Assembly (NCBI GenBank): GCA_031372465.1
Contig: JANMLJ010000244.1
Span: 201 to 64,200 of the forward strand
Source: Chitinophagaceae bacterium
Lineage (GTDB): Bacteria; Bacteroidota; Bacteroidia; Chitinophagales; Chitinophagaceae
Length of the DNA stretch: 64,000 nt
Direction: 5' to 3'
The position numbers and the translations under genes are program-made. The notes beneath the pieces are model-generated. The model ran no database searches. It had not been told where the DNA came from and worked only from the letters and a program-made list of their open reading frames with translations. This document shows positions 10,446-19,642 of this stretch, piece by piece. Positions within the stretch are counted from its first letter, which is position 1. The number at the start of each line of letters is the position of its first letter.

Positions 10446-10511
10446 GAAATGCTAAGGTAATAAGTAGAAGTATATAAAACTCGCTATTAACCGGTTTATC
10501 CTGTCAAATCA

Positions 10512-11690
10512 TTATTTAACTGAAATAGTCTTATTGGTCGTTGATTTTTTTACTGATGACTTTTTAGCAGTCGAAGGTTTTACCATACTTCTTCTTAAAG
10601 CATCTTTTAGTATTTCACCAATAACTTCAGTAAAAGATACATCTGAAGCTTTCAGAATAGCACCGATTGATGTATAATTTTCATCTTCGCTCAATCCGCA
10701 CTGAGCATTTGCCTCCAGCATATACAATTTGCCGGTAATAGCATCCTGCCTGATATCAATCCTTGTATAACCTTTACCTCCACATGCCTTATAAGCATCA
10801 ATACTTATTTGCTTCAAAGCGGGAATCAGCGAAGGTTCAACTTGCTTATATTCATAAAAATTTTCGTTTTGTGGCATCGGATCTTCATCTTCATAAATCT
10901 CCCAAAGCCGGTCGAAGGATAAAAATTTTTCTGAATCAGGTAATGATTTATGGAAAACTCTTTCCACTGGTTCATACACAATTAAATGGTCCGGGTCGTC
11001 AGATGATCCGGTAATAAAAGTGGTGAATTCAGGACCTGTGATAAACTGTTCTACAAATAATCCATCAACCAAAAGGTTCCATCCATGATACCCTTTGTAT
11101 ATTTCTTCTATTCGATTAACCAATTCTTCCTCTGTATGTACTACATTTTTTACAGAAACACCCATGCTTCCTCCAGAAACAGCTGGTTTAATAATGATAG
11201 GAGTTCCTACGCGTTTGCAAATTCCTTTGACAGAACCCTTTTTATCTGTTATTACTCTCCAATTGGCGTTAGAAACACCTGCTTTATCAAAAGCCTTCTT
11301 CATCGGTATCTTGGAAGTAGTGATAGTATAGAAATGTGCGTCAGAGCCGGTAAAAATAAGTCTGTTCTTTTCTAATTCATGAATAACAGATACACCGGGA
11401 ATACCATTTACTTCGTCACCATCACATAAATTTAATATTAATGGGGTCTTTCCATTGGCGTTTAATGCAATTGAATGGATGATGGATGCAAAATTATCCA
11501 TAGTAACAGGCTGCCATTTCCATTCAGCTTTCAGTTCTTCAAATACTTTATCGTATTCTTTTATACTTTGGGTGAAATCATAATAGTGTTGAATATTGGG
11601 GTCTTCTGACTCCAGGTGTGGTGCCAACACCCAAATTGTATATGGCTTCAATAATCGAACTGCTTCAGGTATCTTCATAAAATCAGGCAA
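10512..11690 (-). CDS. D-Ala-D-Ala-ligase-like ATP-grasp protein
   Basis: NLCDG, IIKPAVSGGSMG, EQFITGPEF, YTRIDIR, LEANAQCG. Confidence 0.85.
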   Translation of the reverse strand: MPDFMKIPEAVRLLKPYTIWVLAPHLESEDPNIQHYYDFTQSIKEYDKVFEELKAEWKWQPVTMDNFASIIHSIALNANGKTPLILNLCDGDEVNGIPGVSVIHELEKNRLIFTGSDAHFYTITTSKIPMKKAFDKAGVSNANWRVITDKKGSVKGICKRVGTPIIIKPAVSGGSMGVSVKNVVHTEEELVNRIEEIYKGYHGWNLLVDGLFVEQFITGPEFTTFITGSSDDPDHLIVYEPVERVFHKSLPDSEKFLSFDRLWEIYEDEDPMPQNENFYEYKQVEPSLIPALKQISIDAYKACGGKGYTRIDIRQDAITGKLYMLEANAQCGLSEDENYTSIGAILKASDVSFTEVIGEILKDALRRSMVKPSTAKKSSVKKSTTNKTISVK

Positions 11691-12192
11691 CTTTCTTCCT
11701 GGCCGACCTTTTTACCAGTTGTTGTTGAATAAAATCGGTAAACCGGTAACTTTCCCGTGCTTCTTTGGGAAGATAAGCAGCACCCTGAATTTTACCCAAA
11801 CAATCCAGGCTTCCGCAATAACATTTAAACGATTGAGTCATTTTCCATTCAGTAGAAGGATAAAAAAATGTCATTTCTTCTTCCGGTTGAACTTCCTTTA
11901 ATGCTACAAGTTGCATCGTAGTAGTATTAAAAAAAACATTGGGATCGCAACTATGATTGATATACTGCAAAAACTCCGGCTGAAGGGTTATATGCTTGTC
12001 GATACCTACCTGTACAGTAAGATAAGTGGGCGCCACAGCAATGGTTCCTGCGGAGAAATCAGCAATCAATTCGCCAGGCTGAAATACCTGTGTTGCAAAT
12101 AGTGCGTTTTGATTATTGGATAATTTTTGTCGCCTTTCAGCAAAAACATGGTTACTGATAATGCGATAAGCAGGGGTAGTAAGCGTTTCCAT
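11683..12192 (-). CDS. Stand-alone SET-domain methyltransferase
   Basis: YINHSCDPN, EEMTFFY, post-SET CYCGSLDCLG. Confidence 0.88.
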   Translation of the reverse strand: METLTTPAYRIISNHVFAERRQKLSNNQNALFATQVFQPGELIADFSAGTIAVAPTYLTVQVGIDKHITLQPEFLQYINHSCDPNVFFNTTTMQLVALKEVQPEEEMTFFYPSTEWKMTQSFKCYCGSLDCLGKIQGAAYLPKEARESYRFTDFIQQQLVKRSARKKVA

Positions 12193-12614
12193 AAAATGAA
12201 TTAGTAAATAATAATAGGAAAGTTATAGATAATCTTTTATTCAACAAGTTTAATAGGATTAAATGTGAATAATTAATGATAAATGTTAACTAAGAATAAT
12301 TAATAGTTATTGGCCTTACGCATTATTTTAAAACTGATTGGCTTATTCTTTTTAATAGTACTATACTATCAATCATTATGATTGCAAATCATACATTGTT
12401 TTAAGAACAAGTGTTAGCAAGCTGATTGATAAATTTCTTTGCCTGTTTTTATGAATACTATGCCTGAAGGAGAAATATGTAGTTATTTATATCCTTTTAA
12501 AGATAAAAAGATAGCTATTGCGGGTTATTTAATACTATACATATACCCTTGTTTGAAATAGGAAGATTTACATTTCTATAATTAGTGAGAAGTATCGGGA
12601 AACGTTATTTGTAG

Positions 12615-15194
12615 TTAGTCGGAAATTTTTTTCTGGTTAATGCCCAGCCCTGCCATCACCAGCCTGATTTCACCAAAGCTTACTTCATTTCCCAGTTGTT
12701 GCTTAATTGGTGTGATTGAACCACCATCAAAGTCATTAAAGGCAGCTTCTATCAGCACAAACTTTTCCCTGCTTACCACTTCATCTATTTTAATATCGCC
12801 ACTGCGGATAAATTTTTCCAAATGCGATTCAATGGTACTAACAGCAAGAGCCCTGGTTTTGGCTATTTCAGCAATAGATTGTCCTTCCTTATAAAGTTTA
12901 AACGTTTCGGTATGTGTATCGCCTTTCTTTTTGGCTGGAGAGATATTCTCTTTACTGCCTGAGGGCCGGTCAGCTCGTTCTTTTCTTTCTCTCTTTTGTA
13001 CTTTTTCGTGAATCAACGATGAAAGGTTATTCTCCTTACTATAAGCAATAATAACATCTATGAACTGCTGACCATATTGTTGAATCTTGGCATCACCAAA
13101 ACCACTGATCTTTCTAAGCTCCGCTAATGTCTGGGGTAAGTAAAGCGTCATTTCATCAATAGTTGTACTTCCTGCTACAATATAAATGGGCAGGTCCTTC
13201 TTTGAACAAATAATTTCCCGTACCCTTCGCAATTGCTGGTGAAGAACAGGACGGGGGCTTTCGTTTCTTTTTTGCGAAGCACCAGCATAAGCATTAACAG
13301 TTATAAAAGGCAATACAAACTTTTGTTTACGCCGGTGAAAAGCTTCCAAATCAAATTGGCCATTGAACCCTTCGAGTAAAAAATTTTTCATTGCCAGTTG
13401 AGCAAAAACCTCCCTGATACTATCATTATATTCTTTTGAATGCATACGACTATCGGTCAAAGCAGGGGATTGTTGTATGAATTGAATCAATAAACCAGTT
13501 CCATTCAGGAAATAAGTGGCTCCTGCCATTATCCTTTCCTGCAATAGTTTATTATTTTCCGGCGATTCATCTTGTTGAAATAAAAACTGTAATTGAGTTT
13601 GAAATTTAATTGCCGTTTCCTGAAGTTTGTCAAATTTTCCCATCAATTCCTCCACCCAGGAAAATGTTTCAGGATTAAATGAAGACGTATGTTCCAGTAA
13701 ATACTCCAGCAATTCCCTGCCGCTATTGATTGCTACCGCAAAATCAAAAGTTGACAACAATACTGACTGCTGATAATGCTTCCTGGCTATCTCAAATTCC
13801 TTTTGCAGTTGACCACTTGATGCACTTCGTTGCGAAAATTCAACAATTCTTGAATCACTGAAAAGGCTGGATGAATTGACACGTCTTTGTAAAATCATTC
13901 CTTCCAGATTTGTACAACGGCTAAGTGCCACATATACTTGCCCCGGAGCAAATGCTGCTCCGGCATCAATAATAGCTTTTTCAAACGTAAGGCCCTGGCT
14001 TTTATGAATAGTGATGGCCCAGGCCAATCGTAACGGGTATTGTGTGAATGAACCTAACACATCGGAGTCTAATTGACGGGTAGATTTGTTTAGCGTATAC
14101 CGGATGTTTTCCCATTTCTCTTTTTGAACTTCGATTTCAGCTGATTCACTCTCGCATTGAACAAATATTTTATCCTTTTCCAGTTTAGAAATAATTCCAA
14201 TTTTTCCATTGAAGAATCTCTTTCCTTTATCGGCCGCATCGTTCCGGATAAACATTACCTGTGCGCCAACTTTTAGTTGCAGCATCACTTCGGCAGGATA
14301 TGCCCTGTCTGAAAATTCATCCTGCACTTCTGCTTCATAAGTAAAAAACTCCGTATCAAGTCCGGAAAGCTCACCGGCATTTATTTCACCTGCCTTATTG
14401 TTATGTGTGGTCAAAATAATATAACCGTCTTGTTTACGACGGCGGAAAGTAGGTTGATAATGGCTTTCCAATATTTGCAACCCATCCTCATCCAGTTCAT
14501 TATTACGCACCTGGTTAAGCAGAGTAATAAATCTTTCGTCTTTTTGCCGGTATATTTTATTGAATTCAATATATAAAGGAGGTTCCTCCTGCAAAACTTT
14601 ACTATCGAAGAAATATTGACCGCTGTAATAATCGGATAATAAACTCCATTCCTGCTCCTTTACAACAGGAGGCAGTTGCAACATATCGCCAATAAATAGT
14701 AATTGAACGCCGCCGAATCTTTCGGCTGATCGTTGTCGGATATGCCGGAGTATGGTATCTATTGCATCCAGTACATCGCAGCGCACCATACTTATTTCAT
14801 CTATTACCAGTATTTCTAATTGCTTTAATACTTTTTTCTTGTCGCTGTTAAACCTAAGTCGGCTAAGCAGACTATGCTTATTAGAAAATTCCGAGCTAGA
14901 CAAAGAGTCCTGGTTATGACCAGTAAACCCTGTGCCTCCGGATTCAGGTATAAAAGGAGAAAGTGGTAGTTGAAAGAATGAATGAATGGTGACACCCCCT
15001 GCATTAATAGCAGCTACACCGGTTGGGGCTACTACGGCCATTTGTTTGGGGCAGTTTTCCCTAATATATTTTAAAAAAGTTGTTTTACCGGTTCCGGCTT
15101 TACCGGTAAGGAAAATATTACGGTTGCTTTGATTGACCAACTGAATTGCCAGTTGGAACATTTCATTAGTAGTATCGGGATTGAATGTTGCCAC
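12615..15194 (-). CDS. Pif1/RecD-like SF1B helicase with C-terminal HRDC and HTH domains
   Basis: GKAGTGKT, APTGVAA, IDEISM, GDMLQLPPV, AWAITIHKSQG, YVALSR; HRDC-like LRKISGFGDAKIQQYG. A GTG start at 15194 was chosen because the ORF-track start lies inside a repeat. Confidence 0.9.
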   Translation of the reverse strand: MATFNPDTTNEMFQLAIQLVNQSNRNIFLTGKAGTGKTTFLKYIRENCPKQMAVVAPTGVAAINAGGVTIHSFFQLPLSPFIPESGGTGFTGHNQDSLSSSEFSNKHSLLSRLRFNSDKKKVLKQLEILVIDEISMVRCDVLDAIDTILRHIRQRSAERFGGVQLLFIGDMLQLPPVVKEQEWSLLSDYYSGQYFFDSKVLQEEPPLYIEFNKIYRQKDERFITLLNQVRNNELDEDGLQILESHYQPTFRRRKQDGYIILTTHNNKAGEINAGELSGLDTEFFTYEAEVQDEFSDRAYPAEVMLQLKVGAQVMFIRNDAADKGKRFFNGKIGIISKLEKDKIFVQCESESAEIEVQKEKWENIRYTLNKSTRQLDSDVLGSFTQYPLRLAWAITIHKSQGLTFEKAIIDAGAAFAPGQVYVALSRCTNLEGMILQRRVNSSSLFSDSRIVEFSQRSASSGQLQKEFEIARKHYQQSVLLSTFDFAVAINSGRELLEYLLEHTSSFNPETFSWVEELMGKFDKLQETAIKFQTQLQFLFQQDESPENNKLLQERIMAGATYFLNGTGLLIQFIQQSPALTDSRMHSKEYNDSIREVFAQLAMKNFLLEGFNGQFDLEAFHRRKQKFVLPFITVNAYAGASQKRNESPRPVLHQQLRRVREIICSKKDLPIYIVAGSTTIDEMTLYLPQTLAELRKISGFGDAKIQQYGQQFIDVIIAYSKENNLSSLIHEKVQKRERKERADRPSGSKENISPAKKKGDTHTETFKLYKEGQSIAEIAKTRALAVSTIESHLEKFIRSGDIKIDEVVSREKFVLIEAAFNDFDGGSITPIKQQLGNEVSFGEIRLVMAGLGINQKKISD

Positions 15195-15207
15195 AGTTTT
15201 TTGTTTT

Positions 15208-15707
15208 AGCCACAGATGAACACAAATAAACACAGATGATAAATTAGGTTTATATAATCAGTCTTTTGTATTCAAGTCTTCTTTTGCCGAAATTAATAAT
15301 AAGGCCTATAATATTATCAGAAACCCGCAGATAATTCAATGTTTGTGCAATATGGTCGTCTGTTATTCCAGCATCTGACGACTTAACTTCTACAATTATT
15401 TTTTCATAACAAAGAAAATCTGTGAAGAAGTGGTGTCGTAGTATCTTGCCTTTATATTTTACAGCCAACTCCTTCTCGCGCAAATAACGAAGAGGCGCAT
15501 CAATAAATTCTAACTCCATCGCATCTTTGTATACGGCTTCTGAAAATCCATAGCCAAGAGTCTTTTGAACGTCCATGCAAATGCCTATTATCTGGTAAGT
15601 TTCTTCTTTAAAAAGAAAATTTTCCATTACTTACGTTTTAATATGAAAGCCACAGATGAAACAATAAACCAGCTTTTATCTGAGTTTATTTGTGTTCATC
15701 TGTGGCT
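15208..15707. mobile_element. 500-bp GxxExxY cassette bounded by 30-bp terminal inverted repeats
   Basis: AGCCACAGATGAACACAAATAAACACAGAT (15208-15237) matches the reverse complement of 15678-15707 at 29/30 positions. An extra partial arm sits at 15648-15660. Confidence 0.6.
15250..15627 (-). CDS. GxxExxY protein (PD-(D/E)XK nuclease-like family)
   Basis: LGYGFSEAVY, IIVEVKS, QTLNYL, GLIINFG. Confidence 0.92.
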   Translation of the reverse strand: MENFLFKEETYQIIGICMDVQKTLGYGFSEAVYKDAMELEFIDAPLRYLREKELAVKYKGKILRHHFFTDFLCYEKIIVEVKSSDAGITDDHIAQTLNYLRVSDNIIGLIINFGKRRLEYKRLII

Positions 15708-15719
15708 CAACTGTATTTA

Positions 15720-16064
15720 CTATTCTGTGGGCTTAACTCCGAGCATCAGCAACTCATTCACCTGTATTTCGGTGACGTACTTCTTGATGCCGTCTTTGTC
15801 ATTATAACTGCGGTTGATCAACTTGCCTTCAATAGCCACTTCTTTTCCTTTAGTCAGAAATTTTTCAACGATATCAGCAACTTTACCCCAGGCAACCAGG
15901 TTGTGCCATTGTGTATCCGTTACTTTCTCGCCTTTAGCATTGCGATAGTTTTCACTGGTGGCTACGCTGAAACGGGCCATCTTTTTACCACTTTCTAATG
16001 TTTTAACTTCAGGTGCATTACCGAGGTTACCAATCAATTGAACTTTGTTTTTTAAAGCGTACAT
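15720..16064 (-). CDS. ssb: Single-stranded DNA-binding protein, short form without the acidic tail
   Basis: NKVQLIGNLG, FSVAT, TQWH, GKEVAIEGKL. Confidence 0.93.
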   Translation of the reverse strand: MYALKNKVQLIGNLGNAPEVKTLESGKKMARFSVATSENYRNAKGEKVTDTQWHNLVAWGKVADIVEKFLTKGKEVAIEGKLINRSYNDKDGIKKYVTEIQVNELLMLGVKPTE

Positions 16065-16231
16065 GTTTTTAAGTTTTGTGCCTCCGTTTCCGCCGGATGA
16101 CAGATTTTGCGGAAGCGATTTTTGAATTTTGTTATTTCAGTCAGCCGGCGACGTCATTTCCGATTGACAACACAAAGATGATAGTGCGGGGAAACGATAG
16201 TCGGTTTTTAACCCTTTACTTGCGGATGTAG

Positions 16232-16245
16232 CCGTTTGTAAACGG
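16232..16245. promoter_or_regulatory. Candidate operator palindrome CCGTTT-N2-AAACGG
   Basis: Lies in the divergent region between ssb and the Zn-ribbon gene. Confidence 0.35.
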
Positions 16246-16298
16246 TTGTACTTATAAATAATTTCACTATCTTATGCCCTCAAACCCTTAACAGGACC

Positions 16299-16682
16299 AT
16301 GGCACAAGCAAAACCAGCATTAAAAACCTGTCTCACCTGTGATAAGCCATTAAAAGGCCGTTCAGACAAAAAATTTTGTGATGACTATTGCAGGAACAAC
16401 TATAATAACCAGCTAAAGTCAATTACGACTAATCAGATGCGGAACGTAAATAATGCACTTAGCAAGAATCGCCGCATATTGGAAGATTTAATACCGGCTG
16501 GCGAAGAAATGGCCAAGACCACACAAGAAAAATTAGTACAAAAAGGGTTTCTCTTTAAATACGTTACTCATTTATATACTACTAAAGCAAATAAGACCTA
16601 TTACTACTGCTATGATTATGGCTATCTGCCGTTGGATAACGATTGGTATTTGATTGTAAAGAAAAAGGAAGATCCGGGATAA
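16299..16682 (+). CDS. Zn-ribbon hypothetical protein (DUF2116-like, Bacteroidota type)
   Basis: CLTCDKPLKGRSDKKFCDDYCRN; YYCYDYGY. Confidence 0.8.
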   Translation: MAQAKPALKTCLTCDKPLKGRSDKKFCDDYCRNNYNNQLKSITTNQMRNVNNALSKNRRILEDLIPAGEEMAKTTQEKLVQKGFLFKYVTHLYTTKANKTYYYCYDYGYLPLDNDWYLIVKKKEDPG

Positions 16683-16760
16683 AAACTAATAAAAAAATCG
16701 CTTATAGCACAAAAAAGCCGTAGCATTATACCACAGCTTATTGATTATTTACTTTTAAGT

Positions 16761-16973
16761 TTATTCTTTTTTGCCACCCCCCTTTAAAATGGCAACAAGA
16801 ATAATAATGAATACCGCTGCCGCCACTACCCAAACCCATGGTTGCATATACCAGTCAGCATCTTTTTTATTAATATTGATGTCAACATCTACTTTCTTTT
16901 CCTGTGCCCATAATTGTACGGTAGAGATAAGAGTCGCCGTAAAGAAAATAGACCTCAAAATAATTGATTTCAT
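16761..16973 (-). CDS. Small membrane-anchored hypothetical protein
   Basis: Signal peptide plus WYMQPWVW followed by a transmembrane helix. Confidence 0.7.
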   Translation of the reverse strand: MKSIILRSIFFTATLISTVQLWAQEKKVDVDININKKDADWYMQPWVWVVAAAVFIIILVAILKGGGKKE

Positions 16974-17179
16974 ACCTGTGTTTTTAATTATCAATAATTG
17001 GTTCTTTGTTACTAAAGGGTAAGTAAACTAAAATTCATGCCAAAACTTTTAAAAAAAAGTGGGCTTATATTTTGTTCTTTGTATAAATAAAACTAGAAAG
17101 CTGTGGATTAATTTGCTCAACTTATGGCAGATTACCTCCATGCTTCCACAGTTAGCGGGTTAATATGTAATAGTCCCTT

Positions 17180-17187
17180 TACATTTG
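17180..17187 (+). promoter_or_regulatory. Bacteroidota -7 promoter element
   Basis: TACATTTG just upstream of the PfkB kinase ATG. Confidence 0.5.
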
Positions 17188-17191
17188 CAGC

Positions 17192-18118
17192 ATGACCAAC
17201 CCCGTTATTTGTATTGGAGCCGCCTTGGTAGATGAATTGTTTCATGCTACCGGAGAGCTATTACTTGCTACAACTACCGACGCTACAGTAACCAAAACCG
17301 CTGGTGGGGTTAGCCGCAATATTGCCCATCAGTTAGCTTTGTTAGGAGTTCCAGTACAATTAATAACAGCGGTGGGAAATGACAGCGATGGGGATTGGTT
17401 AAAGCAAATTTGTACTTCGGCTGGTGTTAAACTGGATGCTACGATTACAAGAAAAGGGCTGTCTGGAAAATACACCGGGATATTAAATGCAGATGGTTCT
17501 TTATATACCGCCTTTTTAACCAACGCCGCCAATCATTTAATAACACCAGAACATTTATCGAAGCATACAGAATTATTGAAAACAGCCACTTACTTAATGG
17601 CTGACGCTAATATTAATGTGGTTACAACAGAATGGTTGCTTGCTTTTAGTAAGGAAACCTGCATTCCGTTTATCCTAGAACCTGTTTCTGTTCCTCCGGC
17701 AAAAAAATTCCAGGAAGCAAATCTTATCGGCCTTTATCTCATTACTCCCAACGAGGATGAATTGCCGGCACTTTGTTCTGAGAAAGCCTTTTTTACACAG
17801 CAACAGATTGAAGAATTATTATTACGTGGTGTGAAAAATATCTGGCTCCATAATGGACAACACGGTTCAGCATTATACAATAAAGAAAAATCAATCACGT
17901 TGCATGCGCCATCCATCGAAGTGGTGGATTGTACGGGGGCGGGTGATGGCTCTTTGTCCGGCTATCTTTTAGGCAAACACCTGGGAAAAGATGATATGGA
18001 GTGTTTAAAGCTGGCACATACCTTATCTGCAGAAATATTGCAGGTTAACGGCGCTATTGCCACTCATCTTACGCAGGAAAAATTGCTGCAGCTAGTCACC
18101 AAATATTATCCCAACTGA
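17192..18118 (+). CDS. PfkB family kinase, likely pseudouridine kinase
   Basis: GGVSRNIA, TPNEDE, DCTGAGDG; overlaps psuG (TGATG). Confidence 0.85.
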   Translation: MTNPVICIGAALVDELFHATGELLLATTTDATVTKTAGGVSRNIAHQLALLGVPVQLITAVGNDSDGDWLKQICTSAGVKLDATITRKGLSGKYTGILNADGSLYTAFLTNAANHLITPEHLSKHTELLKTATYLMADANINVVTTEWLLAFSKETCIPFILEPVSVPPAKKFQEANLIGLYLITPNEDELPALCSEKAFFTQQQIEELLLRGVKNIWLHNGQHGSALYNKEKSITLHAPSIEVVDCTGAGDGSLSGYLLGKHLGKDDMECLKLAHTLSAEILQVNGAIATHLTQEKLLQLVTKYYPN

Positions 18119-19038
18119 TGAACTCCTTTTTACAAATACATCCTGAAGTACAAGAAGCACTGGCAAACAACATACCCGTTGTGGCATTGGAATCCACTAT
18201 TATTTCCCATGGTATGCCTTATCCAAAAAATGTAGAAACAGCCATACAGGTAGAAAAAGTGGTAAGAGAAAACAGAGCTGTGCCAGCCACGATTGCTATA
18301 TTTCATGGTACATGTCATATTGGGTTGACGAATGAGGAACTGGAATATTTTGGCAATGCCAAAGAGGTATGGAAAGTTAGTCTGCGTGATATGCCGTATG
18401 TGCTTAGTAAAAACCTTTATGGAGCAACAACGGTTGCGGCAACTATGCGAATAGCGGATATGGCTGGAATAAAAATATTTGTAACCGGCGGCATTGGTGG
18501 TGTACACCGTGGTGGAGAAACCAGTATGGATATTTCTGCTGACTTAACAGAAATGGCGCAAACATCAGTAGCAGTAGTGTCGGCCGGTATAAAATCTATT
18601 CTGGATATCGGACTTACATTAGAATACCTGGAAACAAAAGGGATTCCAGTAGTTACTTATGGAGAAGATGAATTTCCCAGCTTTTACTCCCGCAAAAGCG
18701 GTTTTACATCTCCTTTGCGTTTAAATACTCCGCAAGAAATTGCTTCTTTACTTTATACAAAATGGAAGTTAGGTTTAAAAGGTTCTGTGCTGATCGCTAA
18801 TCCCATTCCTGAAGAACAGGAAATTGAAGCAGCCGAAATGGAAGTACATATTCAGCAGGCATTGTCGGCAGTAAGCGAGCAAAATATTACTGGTAAAAAT
18901 GTTACACCTTTTTTACTAAAATACATTGCTGAACATACAAAAGGCGAAAGTCTGGAAGCCAATATTTCCTTGATAAAACACAATGCAAAAGTGGGAGCAG
19001 CGGTGGCCAACGCCTATGCTATGGTTATGTCTTTATAA
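18118..19038 (+). CDS. psuG: Pseudouridine-5'-phosphate glycosidase
   Basis: VALESTIISHGMPYP, ATTVAATM, TGGIGGVHRG, DISADL, VTPFLL. Confidence 0.95.
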   Translation: MNSFLQIHPEVQEALANNIPVVALESTIISHGMPYPKNVETAIQVEKVVRENRAVPATIAIFHGTCHIGLTNEELEYFGNAKEVWKVSLRDMPYVLSKNLYGATTVAATMRIADMAGIKIFVTGGIGGVHRGGETSMDISADLTEMAQTSVAVVSAGIKSILDIGLTLEYLETKGIPVVTYGEDEFPSFYSRKSGFTSPLRLNTPQEIASLLYTKWKLGLKGSVLIANPIPEEQEIEAAEMEVHIQQALSAVSEQNITGKNVTPFLLKYIAEHTKGESLEANISLIKHNAKVGAAVANAYAMVMSL

Positions 19039-19045
19039 AATATAT

Positions 19046-19624
19046 ATGTTCCGCCAAAAACAAATAAGTGCTATTATCCTTGCCGGTGGAAAAAGTTCGC
19101 GGATGATGCGTGATAAAGGTTTGATTACGCTGCATAATAAACCCCTGATTAAACATGTCATCGAAACAGTTAAAAGAATTACTGAAAATATTATCATCAT
19201 TTCTGCAAATCCGACTTATAAGCAGTTTGGCTATCCCTGTTTTGAAGATAGTATAAAAGATAAAGGCCCGTTAAGTGGAATTCTCACTGGGCTTATAAAT
19301 TCAACCACTCAAAAAAATTTTGTTATTGGTTGTGATATGCCATTTCTTTCTACACATATTTTAAGAAAGCTGATTAATAATTGTAAAGACTTTGATGTAA
19401 TTCTAGCCGAACATAACAGCCTGGCAGAACCTCTTTGTGGCATTTACGACAAAAGCTGTATACCTCATTTCAAGTTACTACTTGACCAAAATCAGTTAAA
19501 AATCATGGATGCATTAGAAGGATTAAAAACAAGAGTCATTAGTTTTGATAAAGAAGACTGGTTTGTAGGAAATGAATTTGCCAATATAAATACCATTGAA
19601 GAACTTAAAAAATTTGACCAGTAA
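19046..19624 (+). CDS. mobA: Molybdenum cofactor guanylyltransferase
   Basis: ILAGGKSSRM..DKG, GPLSGI, CDMPF, EPL, NINT. Confidence 0.9.
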   Translation: MFRQKQISAIILAGGKSSRMMRDKGLITLHNKPLIKHVIETVKRITENIIIISANPTYKQFGYPCFEDSIKDKGPLSGILTGLINSTTQKNFVIGCDMPFLSTHILRKLINNCKDFDVILAEHNSLAEPLCGIYDKSCIPHFKLLLDQNQLKIMDALEGLKTRVISFDKEDWFVGNEFANINTIEELKKFDQ

Positions 19625-19642
19625 ACATTAAAACATTACTAC

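Noticed and set aside
9009-11690. Calling the ATP-grasp genes ddl or van resistance ligases
   Set aside because: The N-terminal Ddl GGxSxE motif is absent, there is no cell-wall or van context, and they are linked to SET domains.
15195-15233. ORF-track N-terminus MFICVHLW of the helicase (likewise MSRGT at 4755)
   Set aside because: These extensions are translations of the repeat or palindrome; downstream starts are more plausible.
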